Shown: positions 23,801 to 32,295 of the stretch, piece by piece
Layout of the letters: each line of letters opens with the position of its first letter
Position numbering within the stretch: position 1 is the first letter of the stretch
Assembly (NCBI GenBank): GCA_050950285.1
Contig: JBMNHG010000002.1
Coordinates: forward strand, 760,654-824,653
From: Kiritimatiellia bacterium
Lineage (GTDB): Bacteria; Verrucomicrobiota; Kiritimatiellia; RFP12; JBMNHG01
Direction of reading: 5' to 3'
Length of the DNA: 64,000 bases
Position numbers and translations under genes: made by a program
Notes under the pieces: generated by a model
Told to the model about the DNA's origin: nothing
What the model saw: only the letters and a program-made list of their open reading frames with translations
Databases searched by the model: none

Positions 23801-24692
23801 CGCCGTCGTGGCGATGGCCCAGCACCTGATCGAGGACGACTTCGCCTTCACCGCGCGCCAGTGCGTCTTCGCCGACAACGCAAGCGGACTGGCGGCCATC
23901 GCCGGCTACTCCCGCGGGAAGGCCTGGCTCTACGACTGCGACTTCCTCGGGAACACCGTCCTCCCGAACGACTGCCAGCGCTACCAGGGCAGCGAAGTCT
24001 TCCGCTCCCCCGTCGCCGTGATCCGCCAGGGAACCCTCGATGTCGAACGCTGCCGATTCCTCGGCAACAGCGGTGGCCCCGTCTTCTGCACCACCTACTT
24101 CTGGGCGCACGTCTACGACTCGCTCTTCGCCGGCAACGACGCCACGCTGGGAATCGTCGAAGGCGTTCCGGCCGTCACCGGCATCTTCCACGGCTACGGC
24201 GCCTACATGCAGTTCTTCAACTGCACGCTCGCCGGCAACTCCGGCGGCTACAACGGCTGCAACTGCGAGCCCTACTTCTACAACTCGATCCTCGCGGACG
24301 ACGGCCCGTTCAGCGTCATGCCCTACGGGGGCTGGATGGACAAGAGGCCCATCCGCCTCTACAACGTCATCGCCTACGACATGGCCGAAGGCGTCACCGG
24401 CTTCAACACCAACGAAAGCTCGAACGTGTGGTTCGACGATCCGAAGTTCCGGAACGTCTCGGTGCCGTGGAACCATCCGGCCTTCGACGCCCGCCTGAAG
24501 GGGGACAGCCCCGCGCGCGACGCCGGGCGGAACGACCTCGTCCAGCCCGTGCAGCGGACCGACCTCTGCGGGGACGCCCGTGTCGCCTACGGGACGCCGG
24601 CCAACGCGAAGGCCGCCGGCGACCCGGTCGTCGACCTCGGCTGCTACGAGTGCCCGCCCGTCTACGCCGGCACCATCCTCATCGTGAGGTAG
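17814..24692 (+). CDS. giant secreted protein: signal peptide, 3 tandem ALK/LTK-like glycine-rich (poly-Gly helix) domains, 2 right-handed parallel beta-helix (pectin-lyase-fold) modules
   Basis: Signal peptide MKRHLLAAWFAASVIPALAG; three ~370-aa modules each with VVGGGGAGGWTIGGGGGGGGV, GGCGGGSxN, CPGGGGG(A/G)GGNG, YYAGGGGG(G/A)GN, DGLGGGG(G/A)GG blocks; C-terminal modules begin (E/D)TGNDTTGNGTQANPFRTVTRA and VGSMASPFRTVTRAL followed by NxxF/N-rich beta-helix repeats. Confidence 0.7.
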   Translation: MVPMHMKRHLLAAWFAASVIPALAGTQFVSLDASVQRIDIGSTSVYVFTNTAATVTLAPAIPLNVVRALVVGGGGAGGWTIGGGGGGGGVIDFTPAAGANVPLLPGTDYTLSVGAGGYDQSSPQTEWPDGGDGENSTLDLGTTNLVAFGGGGGAGWHGVSGTSAGHDGGCGGGSCNRRERGTAAEYQAVGLQGGSGGASLAAGGTDSCPGGGGGGGGNGADGQSGHAGNGGIGYLCDITGVATYYAGGGGGGAGNDCNTAGSGGLGGGGDGSAINSNLPGTPGADGLGGGGGGGSYNGPTHGGAGGSGVVILAVTPATDAPVLSASAAATGLSTATLSASPVFAGLDASTVDFSYRVWIDGQAAPAFAKGATGVATGSTWSQNLTNLIADVLYRFEVTATNDLGVAADENVAGTFRTWVVPVAESAFSTSDASVRRLETSQGATYVFTNTAGTLTFTPLTDLVLEQALVVGGGGGGGWTIGGGGGGGGVIDFAPESGLRLLANQTYSIVVGAGGSNQANVGNWPNGLNGGDSSLDLLSTNLVALGGGGGGSWNSSAGLAGGCGGGSSNRNATEAEGGQGGNGGPSVGECPGGGGGAGGNGQPGQNAAQTAGQGGIGYLSDITGTPAYYAGGGGGGGGNSCHYGGQGGLGGGGDGRDANSPVPAGAGTDGLGGGGAGGSHASANCGGRGGSGTVILALRYPDSITPTATFEAATLSTSSVSVTGTLASPGTGALSADLYFTCGPNTNNLPAATLVRSGWTAGTSWSTNLFNLPPGKPVYFQATLVNDLGEASTFTGSARPALGVSTDPGATVIIDGDRIVYVFDNPSAGSVTFTPAAAVSFDRALLVGGGGAGGWTIGGGGGGGGVVSFTPAEELLLAANEPISLSVGAGGDNMPAYGWTYGRNGGNSTLAFGNVSLAAIGGGGGGSWSERNQGGDGGCGGGSANNGNARAAGSQGGNGGINNGDKPGGGGGAGGNGQDGNTVADTAGKGGDGILSDITGTPAYYAGGGGGAGGNSCLYGAPGGLGGGGRGYDKDSNRTGQDGADGLGGGGGGGAYGGGCPGGRGGNGTVILAFSLLSGTHPIASVTPLVSSPGSVSFTGLLAIPGDGADTAEATLSYAPVGQQLPAGTVVKTGWTENESFTVSYSGLTPGIPYAYVVGVTNNIGNGIVLEGTFSTAEALGAYVAETGNDTTGNGTQANPFRTVTRAFACTAAGATIHVAPGTYDVEAGERFPLDATGYAILGSGDIGEYAILDGGNASENLFTVTNGSFALSNLWLRETTNAIFWTRNATLDVADCRFTQSFENYLNSNTSEDGITLADVGVGVLESRITTDATFDRCDFVGMKRFSIFESLYHCMTVTLNDSLVASNNVINGVFSSACWGNVAAMRLFFNRTDFIENVGDYGYRHDCANCSIAYVCGNSANGPAEIRSMIAIDACRFLANRGGNLVGLDYCSPNLSTIRNSLFVDNYAHQAMFQGHDAEMRTYNSTFIRNSGNYSAFNMPHTLYDCVISDGGPMGFWMPNYGDRSNAGATRLENCLLWNTPDGTGWNRVGSTLVEADPILENAGAAWSDPAFDASPRPYSPAIDAGVNGRIDSTGDLAGNPRIADNDGDGTPVIDLGAYESPYGDSDTPAFLMPFPGVTNAIRGTTVDIPITISPAAEGPVTASVAYPDDATGPATLVFADGTGPVILPVTFPVEGTGSWTRVVVSDAADPAGVLPLNVDAYLSGFLVNAGHNSLVYVREGETITLPVRLDLDGVVAPAAIPVELVSTAGAGSNTLSWNGGAGIAKGAASTVGGLVLAGHAGVNTATLRAGAGYSFAETESDTFTITVVGYPGWMAVDPSTGDDDQYVGSMASPFRTVTRALEVLRDGDTVRLLPGTYTAATQTFPWNPGNVALVGYDANGPADPADVVIDGGGTVATLVCIGNLDGSATNAILENLTLRDTASAAVQVDWNTVSIRNCAFTQAAENADAYGAILMRDNARATAERCSFTGIRRHAVVAMAQHLIEDDFAFTARQCVFADNASGLAAIAGYSRGKAWLYDCDFLGNTVLPNDCQRYQGSEVFRSPVAVIRQGTLDVERCRFLGNSGGPVFCTTYFWAHVYDSLFAGNDATLGIVEGVPAVTGIFHGYGAYMQFFNCTLAGNSGGYNGCNCEPYFYNSILADDGPFSVMPYGGWMDKRPIRLYNVIAYDMAEGVTGFNTNESSNVWFDDPKFRNVSVPWNHPAFDARLKGDSPARDAGRNDLVQPVQRTDLCGDARVAYGTPANAKAAGDPVVDLGCYECPPVYAGTILIVR

Positions 24693-24711
24693 CGTCTGCA
24701 CGACCCCGGAA

Positions 24712-24758
24712 AACGGCGCGCCGCGAATTCGGAGGAATTTCGCGGCGCGCCGCTTTTC
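24712..24758. terminator. rho-independent terminator between convergent genes
   Basis: ~16-bp stem (CGGCGCGCCGCGAATTC / GAATTTCGCGGCGCGCCG), loop GGAGG, then CTTTTCC; 20 nt after the giant-gene stop. Confidence 0.5.
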
Positions 24759-24786
24759 CAGGGGGGCCGGCGGCAGGCCCTGTCCG

Positions 24787-26595
24787 CTACTCCGGCAGGG
24801 TGGAGAGGATGTCGTCGGACGAAGGGGCGTCGCGCTGGCGCGCCTTGAGCGGTTCGAGGACGACCTGGAGGACGATGTCCTGCAAGAGCTTGCTCTGGGT
24901 GGAGAAGATGCGGTGGAGGGTGGAGGCCTCCAGCGTCGTAAGGCGCGCGTTCCAGCGGATGCGTCCGGGCGAGGTGGTCTGGGAAACCGCGTAGCCGTCG
25001 CCGCCAACCTGGAGGATGGCGATCTGCCTTTCGGCCATGTCGGGGGCCAGCGCGGCGAGGGCGCGGATGTAGGCGGAGGGCGCGTAGACCGAAGCCCCGC
25101 CGGGCTCGAAGGCGGCATCCGAGGCCGACGAAACCAGGATGGACTTGGCACGGCGGGCGGTGTCGCCGGAACGTTTCCGGGCCACCAGCGCGGGGAGGAG
25201 CGCCTCCAGGCTCCCCTCCGGACCCTGGACCAGCACGAGCAGGTTGCCCGCGACGGCCATTTCGAGATGGGTCTTCTTCGACAGGTGGTCGATCACGGCG
25301 TCGAGATCGAAGCGCCCGTCGGCCGGCGGGTCCCCGGAACCCGTCCCGGCGCGGGCGAGGAGGATGCGGTGGGCCGTGTGCCCGCACGCATCGAAATCGT
25401 CGCAGACGGTTCCGGGGAAATCCGCTGCCGCGCGGAAGGAGGCGACCCGTTCCGAGAGCATCTCGGCCATGGCTTCCGGGTCTTTTACCGGGAAGGACTG
25501 GAGATGGACGATGCCCTCGAGGCCGGGCGGGGACACCAGCGCCTCCAGCCGGTCGCCCGCGAGCTTCGGGAGGATGCCGTCCATCCACTTCCGTTGCAGC
25601 GGGCCGATGCGGAAGCCGAGGATGCCCCACGAGTCGGCCAACAGGTCCGCCCAGTCCAGGTATTCGTCGCCCGCCATTTGAAGGAAGTTCGGGAACGAAT
25701 CGTGCCGGAGGAGGAAGACCTTTCCGGGGAGGGAGGTGTCGAGGCCCGGGGCGGGCGGGGGGAGAGAGTGGACGGCCCGCGAGAACGGCGAGCCGGGCGT
25801 GCCCAGGACCGCAGCCTCGATGTCCAGCCCGGCGGCCCCGGCGGAAAGGGCGAGATCGATGGACCGCAGCGGGCGGACGATTCCCGCAGTCGAGCCAAGA
25901 TGGCCGCGCAGGGCCTCCATGGCGCCCGTGCGAAGTTTCTTCTCCAGCGCCGGCGAATCCCGGAGCGCCTCCAGGGCGTCGGCAAGGGTCTCCGGCACGA
26001 TGGAGATGCGGAGGGGAAGGGAGGAGGGCGCGACGACGGGGAGGTCGCGGTTGCGGATGCGCCCGGCCACCCAGCGGACGGCGTCGTAGTCCTGCGAGGC
26101 GATGATGTTCGGCCCCGTCGCCGCGAAGAAGACGATGGGCGGAAGGGCCTCGTGCTTCGGATATTCCGCCGTGGTCACCGCGCCGCTCGTCTGCACCTCC
26201 TGGTAGTCGAAGCGGATGGCGTCCAGAAAGGGCTTCCCCCTCCCCACCACGGGAATCATCGAGACCCTGGTGGTCTGGAGGCTCCCGTTCCCGTCGGCAA
26301 GGTAGAAGACGCGGAGAGGACGTTTGGGGTCCATGCCCTGCTGGGTCGACGAACAGCAGTGCGCCTGCAGCGCGGACCGGACACGGGGGATGGAGTCGAT
26401 GAACCCCGTGGCCTGGAGAAAGGCCGAGGCGCGCGTCCGGAAGAAGCCGAGATCGTCGAGTTCCACCGCGGCCAGAAGGCGGAGCCTCCTTTCTCCTGCG
26501 ACGGCGTCCGCGCCGGCGATGGCGTCCGCGCCGGCCTGGGCGGAAAGGACGCCGGGAAGCGAAAGCGCCAGGAGGACGGAAAGCGCCGGGACCAT
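24787..26595 (-). CDS. hypothetical secreted protein (~600 aa)
   Basis: Signal peptide MVPALSVLLALSLPGVLSAQA; no recognisable catalytic motif. Confidence 0.5.
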   Translation of the reverse strand: MVPALSVLLALSLPGVLSAQAGADAIAGADAVAGERRLRLLAAVELDDLGFFRTRASAFLQATGFIDSIPRVRSALQAHCCSSTQQGMDPKRPLRVFYLADGNGSLQTTRVSMIPVVGRGKPFLDAIRFDYQEVQTSGAVTTAEYPKHEALPPIVFFAATGPNIIASQDYDAVRWVAGRIRNRDLPVVAPSSLPLRISIVPETLADALEALRDSPALEKKLRTGAMEALRGHLGSTAGIVRPLRSIDLALSAGAAGLDIEAAVLGTPGSPFSRAVHSLPPPAPGLDTSLPGKVFLLRHDSFPNFLQMAGDEYLDWADLLADSWGILGFRIGPLQRKWMDGILPKLAGDRLEALVSPPGLEGIVHLQSFPVKDPEAMAEMLSERVASFRAAADFPGTVCDDFDACGHTAHRILLARAGTGSGDPPADGRFDLDAVIDHLSKKTHLEMAVAGNLLVLVQGPEGSLEALLPALVARKRSGDTARRAKSILVSSASDAAFEPGGASVYAPSAYIRALAALAPDMAERQIAILQVGGDGYAVSQTTSPGRIRWNARLTTLEASTLHRIFSTQSKLLQDIVLQVVLEPLKARQRDAPSSDDILSTLPE

Positions 26596-26633
26596 CCGCA
26601 GGCGGCCCGGACGGGGCGAGGACAATCCGTGCG

Positions 26634-27143
26634 TCATTCCATCTCCTGCATCTCGACCCAGCGGACGAGCCGCTCGACCATGCCGACCAGTTTGGCGTCG
26701 GCGGTGGCGCGGCGGTAGGACCGCCCGGCCTTGAACTTGGAGGTCAGGACGACGAAGGCCCGCCCGGGAAGCACGCCCTCCTTCCTGTCCGACCGGGGCG
26801 AATCCAGCGCGCCGGCGTCGAGGAAGGACTGGAAGACCTGCCGCATCTCGGAGGGAGGAATCGATGCCACGAAGGTCGAGACATCGTTCCAGCCCGGATG
26901 GGCGACGTCCGTCGAAAAGCTGTCGGCAAGCTGCGGGCTGATCCCTTTGCGAAGGGAGATGGAGCCGGTCCCGAGGAGCTTCAGCTGGCAGGGTTCCATC
27001 GCCGGGTCGGACGGACGATAGGCGATTTCAAGCCAGTTCAGCTGCGACTCGTCGACGGCGAATCGCGGGCCGCGCCCGGAAGCGCACCCCGCGGCGATCG
27101 CGCCAAAGAGCAGGACGACCGAAAGTCGGAAGAAAATGTGCAT
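26634..27143 (-). CDS. hypothetical lipoprotein
   Basis: Signal peptide with lipobox LLFGAIAAGC; 169 aa. Confidence 0.5.
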   Translation of the reverse strand: MHIFFRLSVVLLFGAIAAGCASGRGPRFAVDESQLNWLEIAYRPSDPAMEPCQLKLLGTGSISLRKGISPQLADSFSTDVAHPGWNDVSTFVASIPPSEMRQVFQSFLDAGALDSPRSDRKEGVLPGRAFVVLTSKFKAGRSYRRATADAKLVGMVERLVRWVEMQEME

Positions 27144-27279
27144 GGCAGTTCAAGGATACCAAAAAACGCCTTTCGTTCCACGATTTTCGCCTTGTCCCGG
27201 AAACAGCCGCCCACGCTCCGAAGGGACCCCGGGCGATGGTGGACATCCCCGCCCGAATCCGGTATCCTTCCGGCCTGTC

Positions 27280-28311
27280 ATGACGTCCGCCCCCTTCCAT
27301 GCGAGCAACCTGCTGCTGTACGCCCCCAATTGGCTTGGGGACGCGGTGATGGCGCTGCCCTCCCTGCTGGCGTGGCGGGAGGCAAACCCGGAGGCGGAGG
27401 TGACGCTTCTCACCCGGCCCGGCCTCGTTCCGCTGTGGGGGCTCTGCCCTGCGGCGGCGGACGAGGTGGTTGCGCTGGAAGCGGGCACGCCGGGCACCTG
27501 CCGTGCCGCCCGCGCCGCGCGCGCCCGCCGCCACGACGCCTCGCTGTCGATGCCGAACTCCTTCCGTTCCGCGCTGCTCCCGTGGCTTGCGCGCATTCCG
27601 CGGCGCCGCGGTTCGGCCATGCACGCCCGCAGCCTGTTGCTCACGGACCGCATCCCTTGCTCCGCGCTGGCGGGCGGGCATCAAGCCTGCGCGAACTTCG
27701 TCCTCTTCGGCCTGCCGCGTCCCGATTCCCCGGCGAAGCTTCCCTCGCCGCTCTTGCGCATGCCGGAAGAAGAAACCGCTTCGGCCCGAATCCGTGCCGG
27801 AGCCAAAGACGGCGCGCCGCTCCTGGCGCTCATCCCAGGGGCCGCCCGCGGCTCGTCCAAGCGTTGGCCGGCCGCCCATTTCGTCTCCGCGGCGCTTCTC
27901 GTCGCCGGGCGGATCCCGGGGCTGCGCTTCGTGGTCTGCGGCGCGAAGAACGAAGCCGACGCCTGCGGCGAGGTCGCGGCGGGCCTTCCCGCCGGGCGCA
28001 CCGTCAACCTTGCAGGCAAAACGGATTTGCGTGGACTGGCGGCCGTGCTCGCGGCCTGCGGCGGCGTCTGCTGCAACGACAGCGGCGGGATGCATCTCGC
28101 GGCGGCGGTGGGAACGCCCTTGGCGGCGGTCTTCGGCCTTACCGACGCCGTCCGGACCGGACCGCTCGGCCCGACGAGCCGCGTCGTCCAGCGCAACGAT
28201 GTGCGGCATGATTCCGCCATCGCGCGCCGCTCGGCGGAGGCCTCCGCCGTCCTTGCGTCGATCGCGCCGGAGCGCGTCGCCTCCGCGTTGCTGGAGGTGA
28301 TCCGCCCGTGA
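27280..28311 (+). CDS. ADP-heptose:LPS heptosyltransferase (glycosyltransferase family 9)
   Basis: YAPNWLGDAVMALP N-terminal GT9 block; C-terminal CNDSGGMHLAAAVGTPLAAVFGLTD. Confidence 0.75.
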   Translation: MTSAPFHASNLLLYAPNWLGDAVMALPSLLAWREANPEAEVTLLTRPGLVPLWGLCPAAADEVVALEAGTPGTCRAARAARARRHDASLSMPNSFRSALLPWLARIPRRRGSAMHARSLLLTDRIPCSALAGGHQACANFVLFGLPRPDSPAKLPSPLLRMPEEETASARIRAGAKDGAPLLALIPGAARGSSKRWPAAHFVSAALLVAGRIPGLRFVVCGAKNEADACGEVAAGLPAGRTVNLAGKTDLRGLAAVLAACGGVCCNDSGGMHLAAAVGTPLAAVFGLTDAVRTGPLGPTSRVVQRNDVRHDSAIARRSAEASAVLASIAPERVASALLEVIRP

Positions 28312-29993
28312 ACGGGGAGAAGAGTCCTCCGGCCTCCGGCCGATCGGTGGGGCGGACCGCCTTCATCGTGGCCGCCATGACGCTCGTGAGCCGCGTGGGA
28401 GGGCTGATCCGCGAGCAATTGATGGGCTATTTCTTCGGCACGGGCATGGAGAAGTCCGCGCTGGACGTGGCCTTCCGCATCCCCAACCTCTTCCGGCGCC
28501 TCTTCGGCGAAGGCGCCCTTTCGGCGGCGCTGATCCCGGTCTACACCGAAACCCTCCGGAACGACGGGAAGGCCGAGGCGGACCGCCTCGCCGCCGGCGT
28601 CGCGGGCACGATGGTGGGCTTCCTGTCGCTTGTGACGGTGGCGGGCATCGCCCTCACCTATCCGCTGGCCCGTCTCCTGAAATCGGGCCTTCTCCAGAAC
28701 TGGCCCGCCCTGGCCAGGCACTTCCCGCTGGACGATCGCTGGGAGCAGATCCTGACGCTCCTGCGCATCCTCTTCCCCTATGCGCCGCTGATTTGCCTTG
28801 CGGCGCTGATCATGGGCGTCCTGAATTCGCTCAAATCCTTCGCCATCCCCGCGCTTGCCCCCGCCTTCCTGAACCTTTGCTGGATTCTTGCCCTGGTGTT
28901 CGTGTGCCCCTTCCTTCCCGCGGAAGGGAACTCCCGGATCCAGGCGGTGGCCTGGGCGATTCTCCTGTCCGGAGTGGTGCAGGTGGCGGTGCAATTGCCC
29001 GTTCTCGCAAAACACGGCGTGCCGCGGCGCCTCCTCTTCGGGATGACGCGCCACCCGAAGGTGCGGCGCGTCTTCCGGCTCATGTTCCCGATGGCGATCG
29101 CCGCCGGCGTCGTGCAAGTGAACGTCTGCCTCGACAGCTTCCTCGCGATGGTTGCGGGCGAATGGGGCCCCTCCGTGCTCGGCTTCGCCGACCGGCTGAT
29201 CTACTTCCCCCTGGCCATCTTCGGAACCGCCTTCGCGACCGTGCTCCTGCCCACCTTCTCCTCCTCCGCGGCGGCGGGGGACTTCCAGAGCTTCCACGGG
29301 GACCTCCAGCGTTCGATGGCGACAATGTGCGCGATCCTCCTTCCCTCCACTGCGGGGTTGATGGCGTTGGCGGTACCGCTGGTCTCGCTCATCTACGAGA
29401 TGGGCGCCTTCGATGCGCTCTCCACCACCCGCACCGCCCGCGCCCTCCTGGCCTACGCCGTCGGACTGGTCGCCGCAGGAGGCGCGAAGATCGCCCCGCA
29501 GGCCTTCTATGCGCTGAAAGAGACGAAGACGCCTGTGAACATCGGCCTCGGCTGCGTGGGCCTGAACCTCTTCCTGAACCTCTTCTTCCTTTGGATCCTG
29601 CCGTTCGAATGGAAGCCGATCGGCATCGCTTTCGCGACCTCCATCAGCAGTTTCGTCCAGTGCGTCGTGCTGCTGCATCTGCTGTCGCGCCGCGAGTACG
29701 GCTCCATCCGCCTCTTCCGCTGGAAGCCGTTCATGCGCCCCTTCCTGTCGTCCCTCGCCGCCTCTGCGGGGATGGGGGTGTGCACCTGGAAAGGATACGG
29801 CTGGATCGGGCGGGCGGTGGCGGCCCTGCTCCCGGCGGCCCCGGGAAAACTTCTCGAGGCCATCGCCGTGGCGGCAGCCATTGGTGCCGCCGTGGCGCTC
29901 TACTCCCTGCTGTTGTACCTGCTCTGCCCTTCGCTGCTGCGCGATGCTGCCGGGATGCTGCGGCGGCGGAAGAGGCGTCCGCCTCCTTCTTGA
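28308..29993 (+). CDS. murJ: lipid II flippase MurJ (MviN)
   Basis: FRIPNLFRRLFGEGALSAALIPVY and 14-TM architecture; GTG start overlaps heptosyltransferase stop (GTGA). Confidence 0.85.
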   Translation: MNGEKSPPASGRSVGRTAFIVAAMTLVSRVGGLIREQLMGYFFGTGMEKSALDVAFRIPNLFRRLFGEGALSAALIPVYTETLRNDGKAEADRLAAGVAGTMVGFLSLVTVAGIALTYPLARLLKSGLLQNWPALARHFPLDDRWEQILTLLRILFPYAPLICLAALIMGVLNSLKSFAIPALAPAFLNLCWILALVFVCPFLPAEGNSRIQAVAWAILLSGVVQVAVQLPVLAKHGVPRRLLFGMTRHPKVRRVFRLMFPMAIAAGVVQVNVCLDSFLAMVAGEWGPSVLGFADRLIYFPLAIFGTAFATVLLPTFSSSAAAGDFQSFHGDLQRSMATMCAILLPSTAGLMALAVPLVSLIYEMGAFDALSTTRTARALLAYAVGLVAAGGAKIAPQAFYALKETKTPVNIGLGCVGLNLFLNLFFLWILPFEWKPIGIAFATSISSFVQCVVLLHLLSRREYGSIRLFRWKPFMRPFLSSLAASAGMGVCTWKGYGWIGRAVAALLPAAPGKLLEAIAVAAAIGAAVALYSLLLYLLCPSLLRDAAGMLRRRKRRPPPS

Positions 29994-30030
29994 GCGCTGC
30001 GTGGCATAAAATCTGCATGGTTCCCACGGC

Positions 30031-32295
30031 ATGGATTTCCTCTTTCCCGCGATGTTGGCCGGATTGGCCGGGCTGTCGATTCCGGTGGCGCTCCACTTGA
30101 TTGCGCGCCACCGCTTCCCCGTGCGCGACTTCCCCTCGATCCGCCTGATCCGCGAAGAGCGCCGCAACAACGTCTTCGCCTGGAGGCTGGTGGATCCGCT
30201 CCAGCTCGTCCTGCGCCTCGCCGTGCTCGCCCTCGCCGTCTTCGCCATGGCGCGAATCTTCCTGCCCGGCCTGGGCGCGCGCCCCGCGCCGCGCAACGTC
30301 GCGGTGGTGCTCGATGCGTCGGCCAGCATGACGCGCAAGGCCCCCTCCGGCGCACACCCCGACGACGCAACCGTCTTCGACGTGGCCGTGCGCGAGGCCG
30401 CCGCGCTCCTGCGCGACGTGCCTCCCCCCGGCCAAGCCACGCTCCTGGTGGCGGGCGACGACCTCCGCGTGCTCCGCCACGTGGAGGACGACCCCGAAGC
30501 CCTGCGCGCCTTCCTCGCTTCGCTCCGGCCCGCCGGCGGAGCCGGCGTGGGGCTCGTGCATGCCGTCGCCGAAGCCTGCGCCCTCCTGCGCGGGCGCCAC
30601 GAGGCCCATTCGCAGGTGATCGTGGTGGGAGATGGCCGCGCCACCGCCTTCGAGGCACGCGCCGCCGACGACCTCGCCGCCATCGACGCCGCCCGCGAGG
30701 CGATGGGAAGCCGTCTCGAAATCCGCCTGCTCGACGTCTCCGGCGCCGGTCCGGACAATGTGTCCGTTTCCGATGCCGCCTTGCGCAAGGGCGCCGTGCG
30801 CATGGGCGGCGATGCCCACGTGCTCGCCCGTGTCCGGAACCACGGCACGAACGCCGTCCAAGCGCAACTCCGCCTCACCGTGCTCGGCCGCGAAGCCCCC
30901 GCGCTCCCGCCCGTGCCCCTCGCCCCGGGCGGCGAGGCCGTGATCGATCTCGCAACGCCCGTGAATCGCGCCGCCAGCGGCTTCGCGGAGGTCGCCCTCC
31001 GCACGGACGACGCCTATCCCGCCGACGACCGCGCCCTGCTCCCCTTCCAGGTGACCGACCCCACGCGCGTGCTCATCGTCCATGACTCCGCCCCGCCGGA
31101 GACCTCCGCCTTCGACAAACTCGGCTCCGCCGCCCCAGGCACCCTCCAGGGGGGCGAGGAGGATTCCCGCATCGACGGCGCCCGCATCCTGCGCTTCGTG
31201 CTCAATCCCGCCCGCGAAAGCGGCGGCACCGCCTCCACCGGCATCGACACCACCATGGTCACCCCGGACGCCTTCCAGACCCAGCCCCTCGGCAGGTTCG
31301 ATTTCGTGGTACTGTACGACGTCGACACCCTCCCCGAATCCGCCATCCGGGACCTCGAAGGGTTCGTGGAACAGGGGAAGGCGCTCCTTTGCTTCGCCTC
31401 CGCGCAGTGCAATCCCGTGCGCTTCAATCGAAACTTTTCGGCCATGCTCCCTGCCGACCTCGGCAACGAGCGCCCCCTCCAGTCCCCCGTGGGCGTGGAC
31501 ACCGCGAAGCTCTCCCATCCCGCCGTGTCCGTCTTCTCCGATCGCGGCCGCGGCGACCTCGGCGACTTCCGCTTCCTGGCCTTGCGCGACCTCGCGCCGC
31601 GCGAGGGGGCCGTCGTCGTGCTTTCCGACGAGTCCGGATCGCCCCTTCTCGTGGAGGGTCCCTTCGGCTTCGGCCGCGTGATGGTCGCCGCCTTCGGCCT
31701 CGAACTGGAGCGCGGCACCATGGCCCGCTCGCGCACCTTCCCCGTGTTGATGTGGCGCATCGCCGACGACCTCGCGGGACGCCTGCGCCCCAAGCCGCCG
31801 GACGTCCTGCCCGTGGGGCGCCCCGCCGTGCTCGACGCCGGGGAACCCCCCTTCGCCTTCGAAACCACCCTCGAACTCGTGGACACCGCCGCCACCTCCA
31901 CCGTGCGGCGCGTGATGGAGATTTCCCCCTCCCGCACCGTGATGGTGGACGCCTCGCCCGATCCGCTCGAAGTGGGCGCCTACCGCCTGCGCAAGGCCTC
32001 GACGGCCGGCGATTCCACCGCCGCCTGGGGCTACCATCGCGGCATCGTGGTGAACCCCGACCCGCGCGAAAGCCGCACGGAGGCGCTGGGGGAGGAAACC
32101 CTCCGATCCCTCTTCGGCCCGGATGCCCGGGCGCTGGCCCTCGACGATCCGGCGGACACCGCCCCGCGCGGCGTCGAACTCTTCCACCTCCTCCTGATCC
32201 TCCTCCTCTGCACCTACCTCTCGGAGGCCGTCTGCAGCTGGTTCTTCAGCGCACAGCGCGAAAAGGCCCGCCGCCAGGCCGGGTACACCGCATGA
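30031..32295 (+). CDS. N-terminal double-transmembrane-domain / von Willebrand factor A (BatA-like) protein
   Basis: LALHLIARHRFPVRDFPSIRLI double-TM motif, VAVVLDASASM vWA MIDAS start, C-terminal TM helix. Confidence 0.6.
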   Translation: MDFLFPAMLAGLAGLSIPVALHLIARHRFPVRDFPSIRLIREERRNNVFAWRLVDPLQLVLRLAVLALAVFAMARIFLPGLGARPAPRNVAVVLDASASMTRKAPSGAHPDDATVFDVAVREAAALLRDVPPPGQATLLVAGDDLRVLRHVEDDPEALRAFLASLRPAGGAGVGLVHAVAEACALLRGRHEAHSQVIVVGDGRATAFEARAADDLAAIDAAREAMGSRLEIRLLDVSGAGPDNVSVSDAALRKGAVRMGGDAHVLARVRNHGTNAVQAQLRLTVLGREAPALPPVPLAPGGEAVIDLATPVNRAASGFAEVALRTDDAYPADDRALLPFQVTDPTRVLIVHDSAPPETSAFDKLGSAAPGTLQGGEEDSRIDGARILRFVLNPARESGGTASTGIDTTMVTPDAFQTQPLGRFDFVVLYDVDTLPESAIRDLEGFVEQGKALLCFASAQCNPVRFNRNFSAMLPADLGNERPLQSPVGVDTAKLSHPAVSVFSDRGRGDLGDFRFLALRDLAPREGAVVVLSDESGSPLLVEGPFGFGRVMVAAFGLELERGTMARSRTFPVLMWRIADDLAGRLRPKPPDVLPVGRPAVLDAGEPPFAFETTLELVDTAATSTVRRVMEISPSRTVMVDASPDPLEVGAYRLRKASTAGDSTAAWGYHRGIVVNPDPRESRTEALGEETLRSLFGPDARALALDDPADTAPRGVELFHLLLILLLCTYLSEAVCSWFFSAQREKARRQAGYTA

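Noticed and set aside
17664-25151. 2495-aa ORF on the minus strand
   Set aside because: It is antisense to the giant Gly-rich gene. It consists of G/A/V/E low-complexity produced by reading GGC/GCC-rich codon repeats backwards. It has no signal peptide, no domain logic and no stop-free rationale beyond GC bias.
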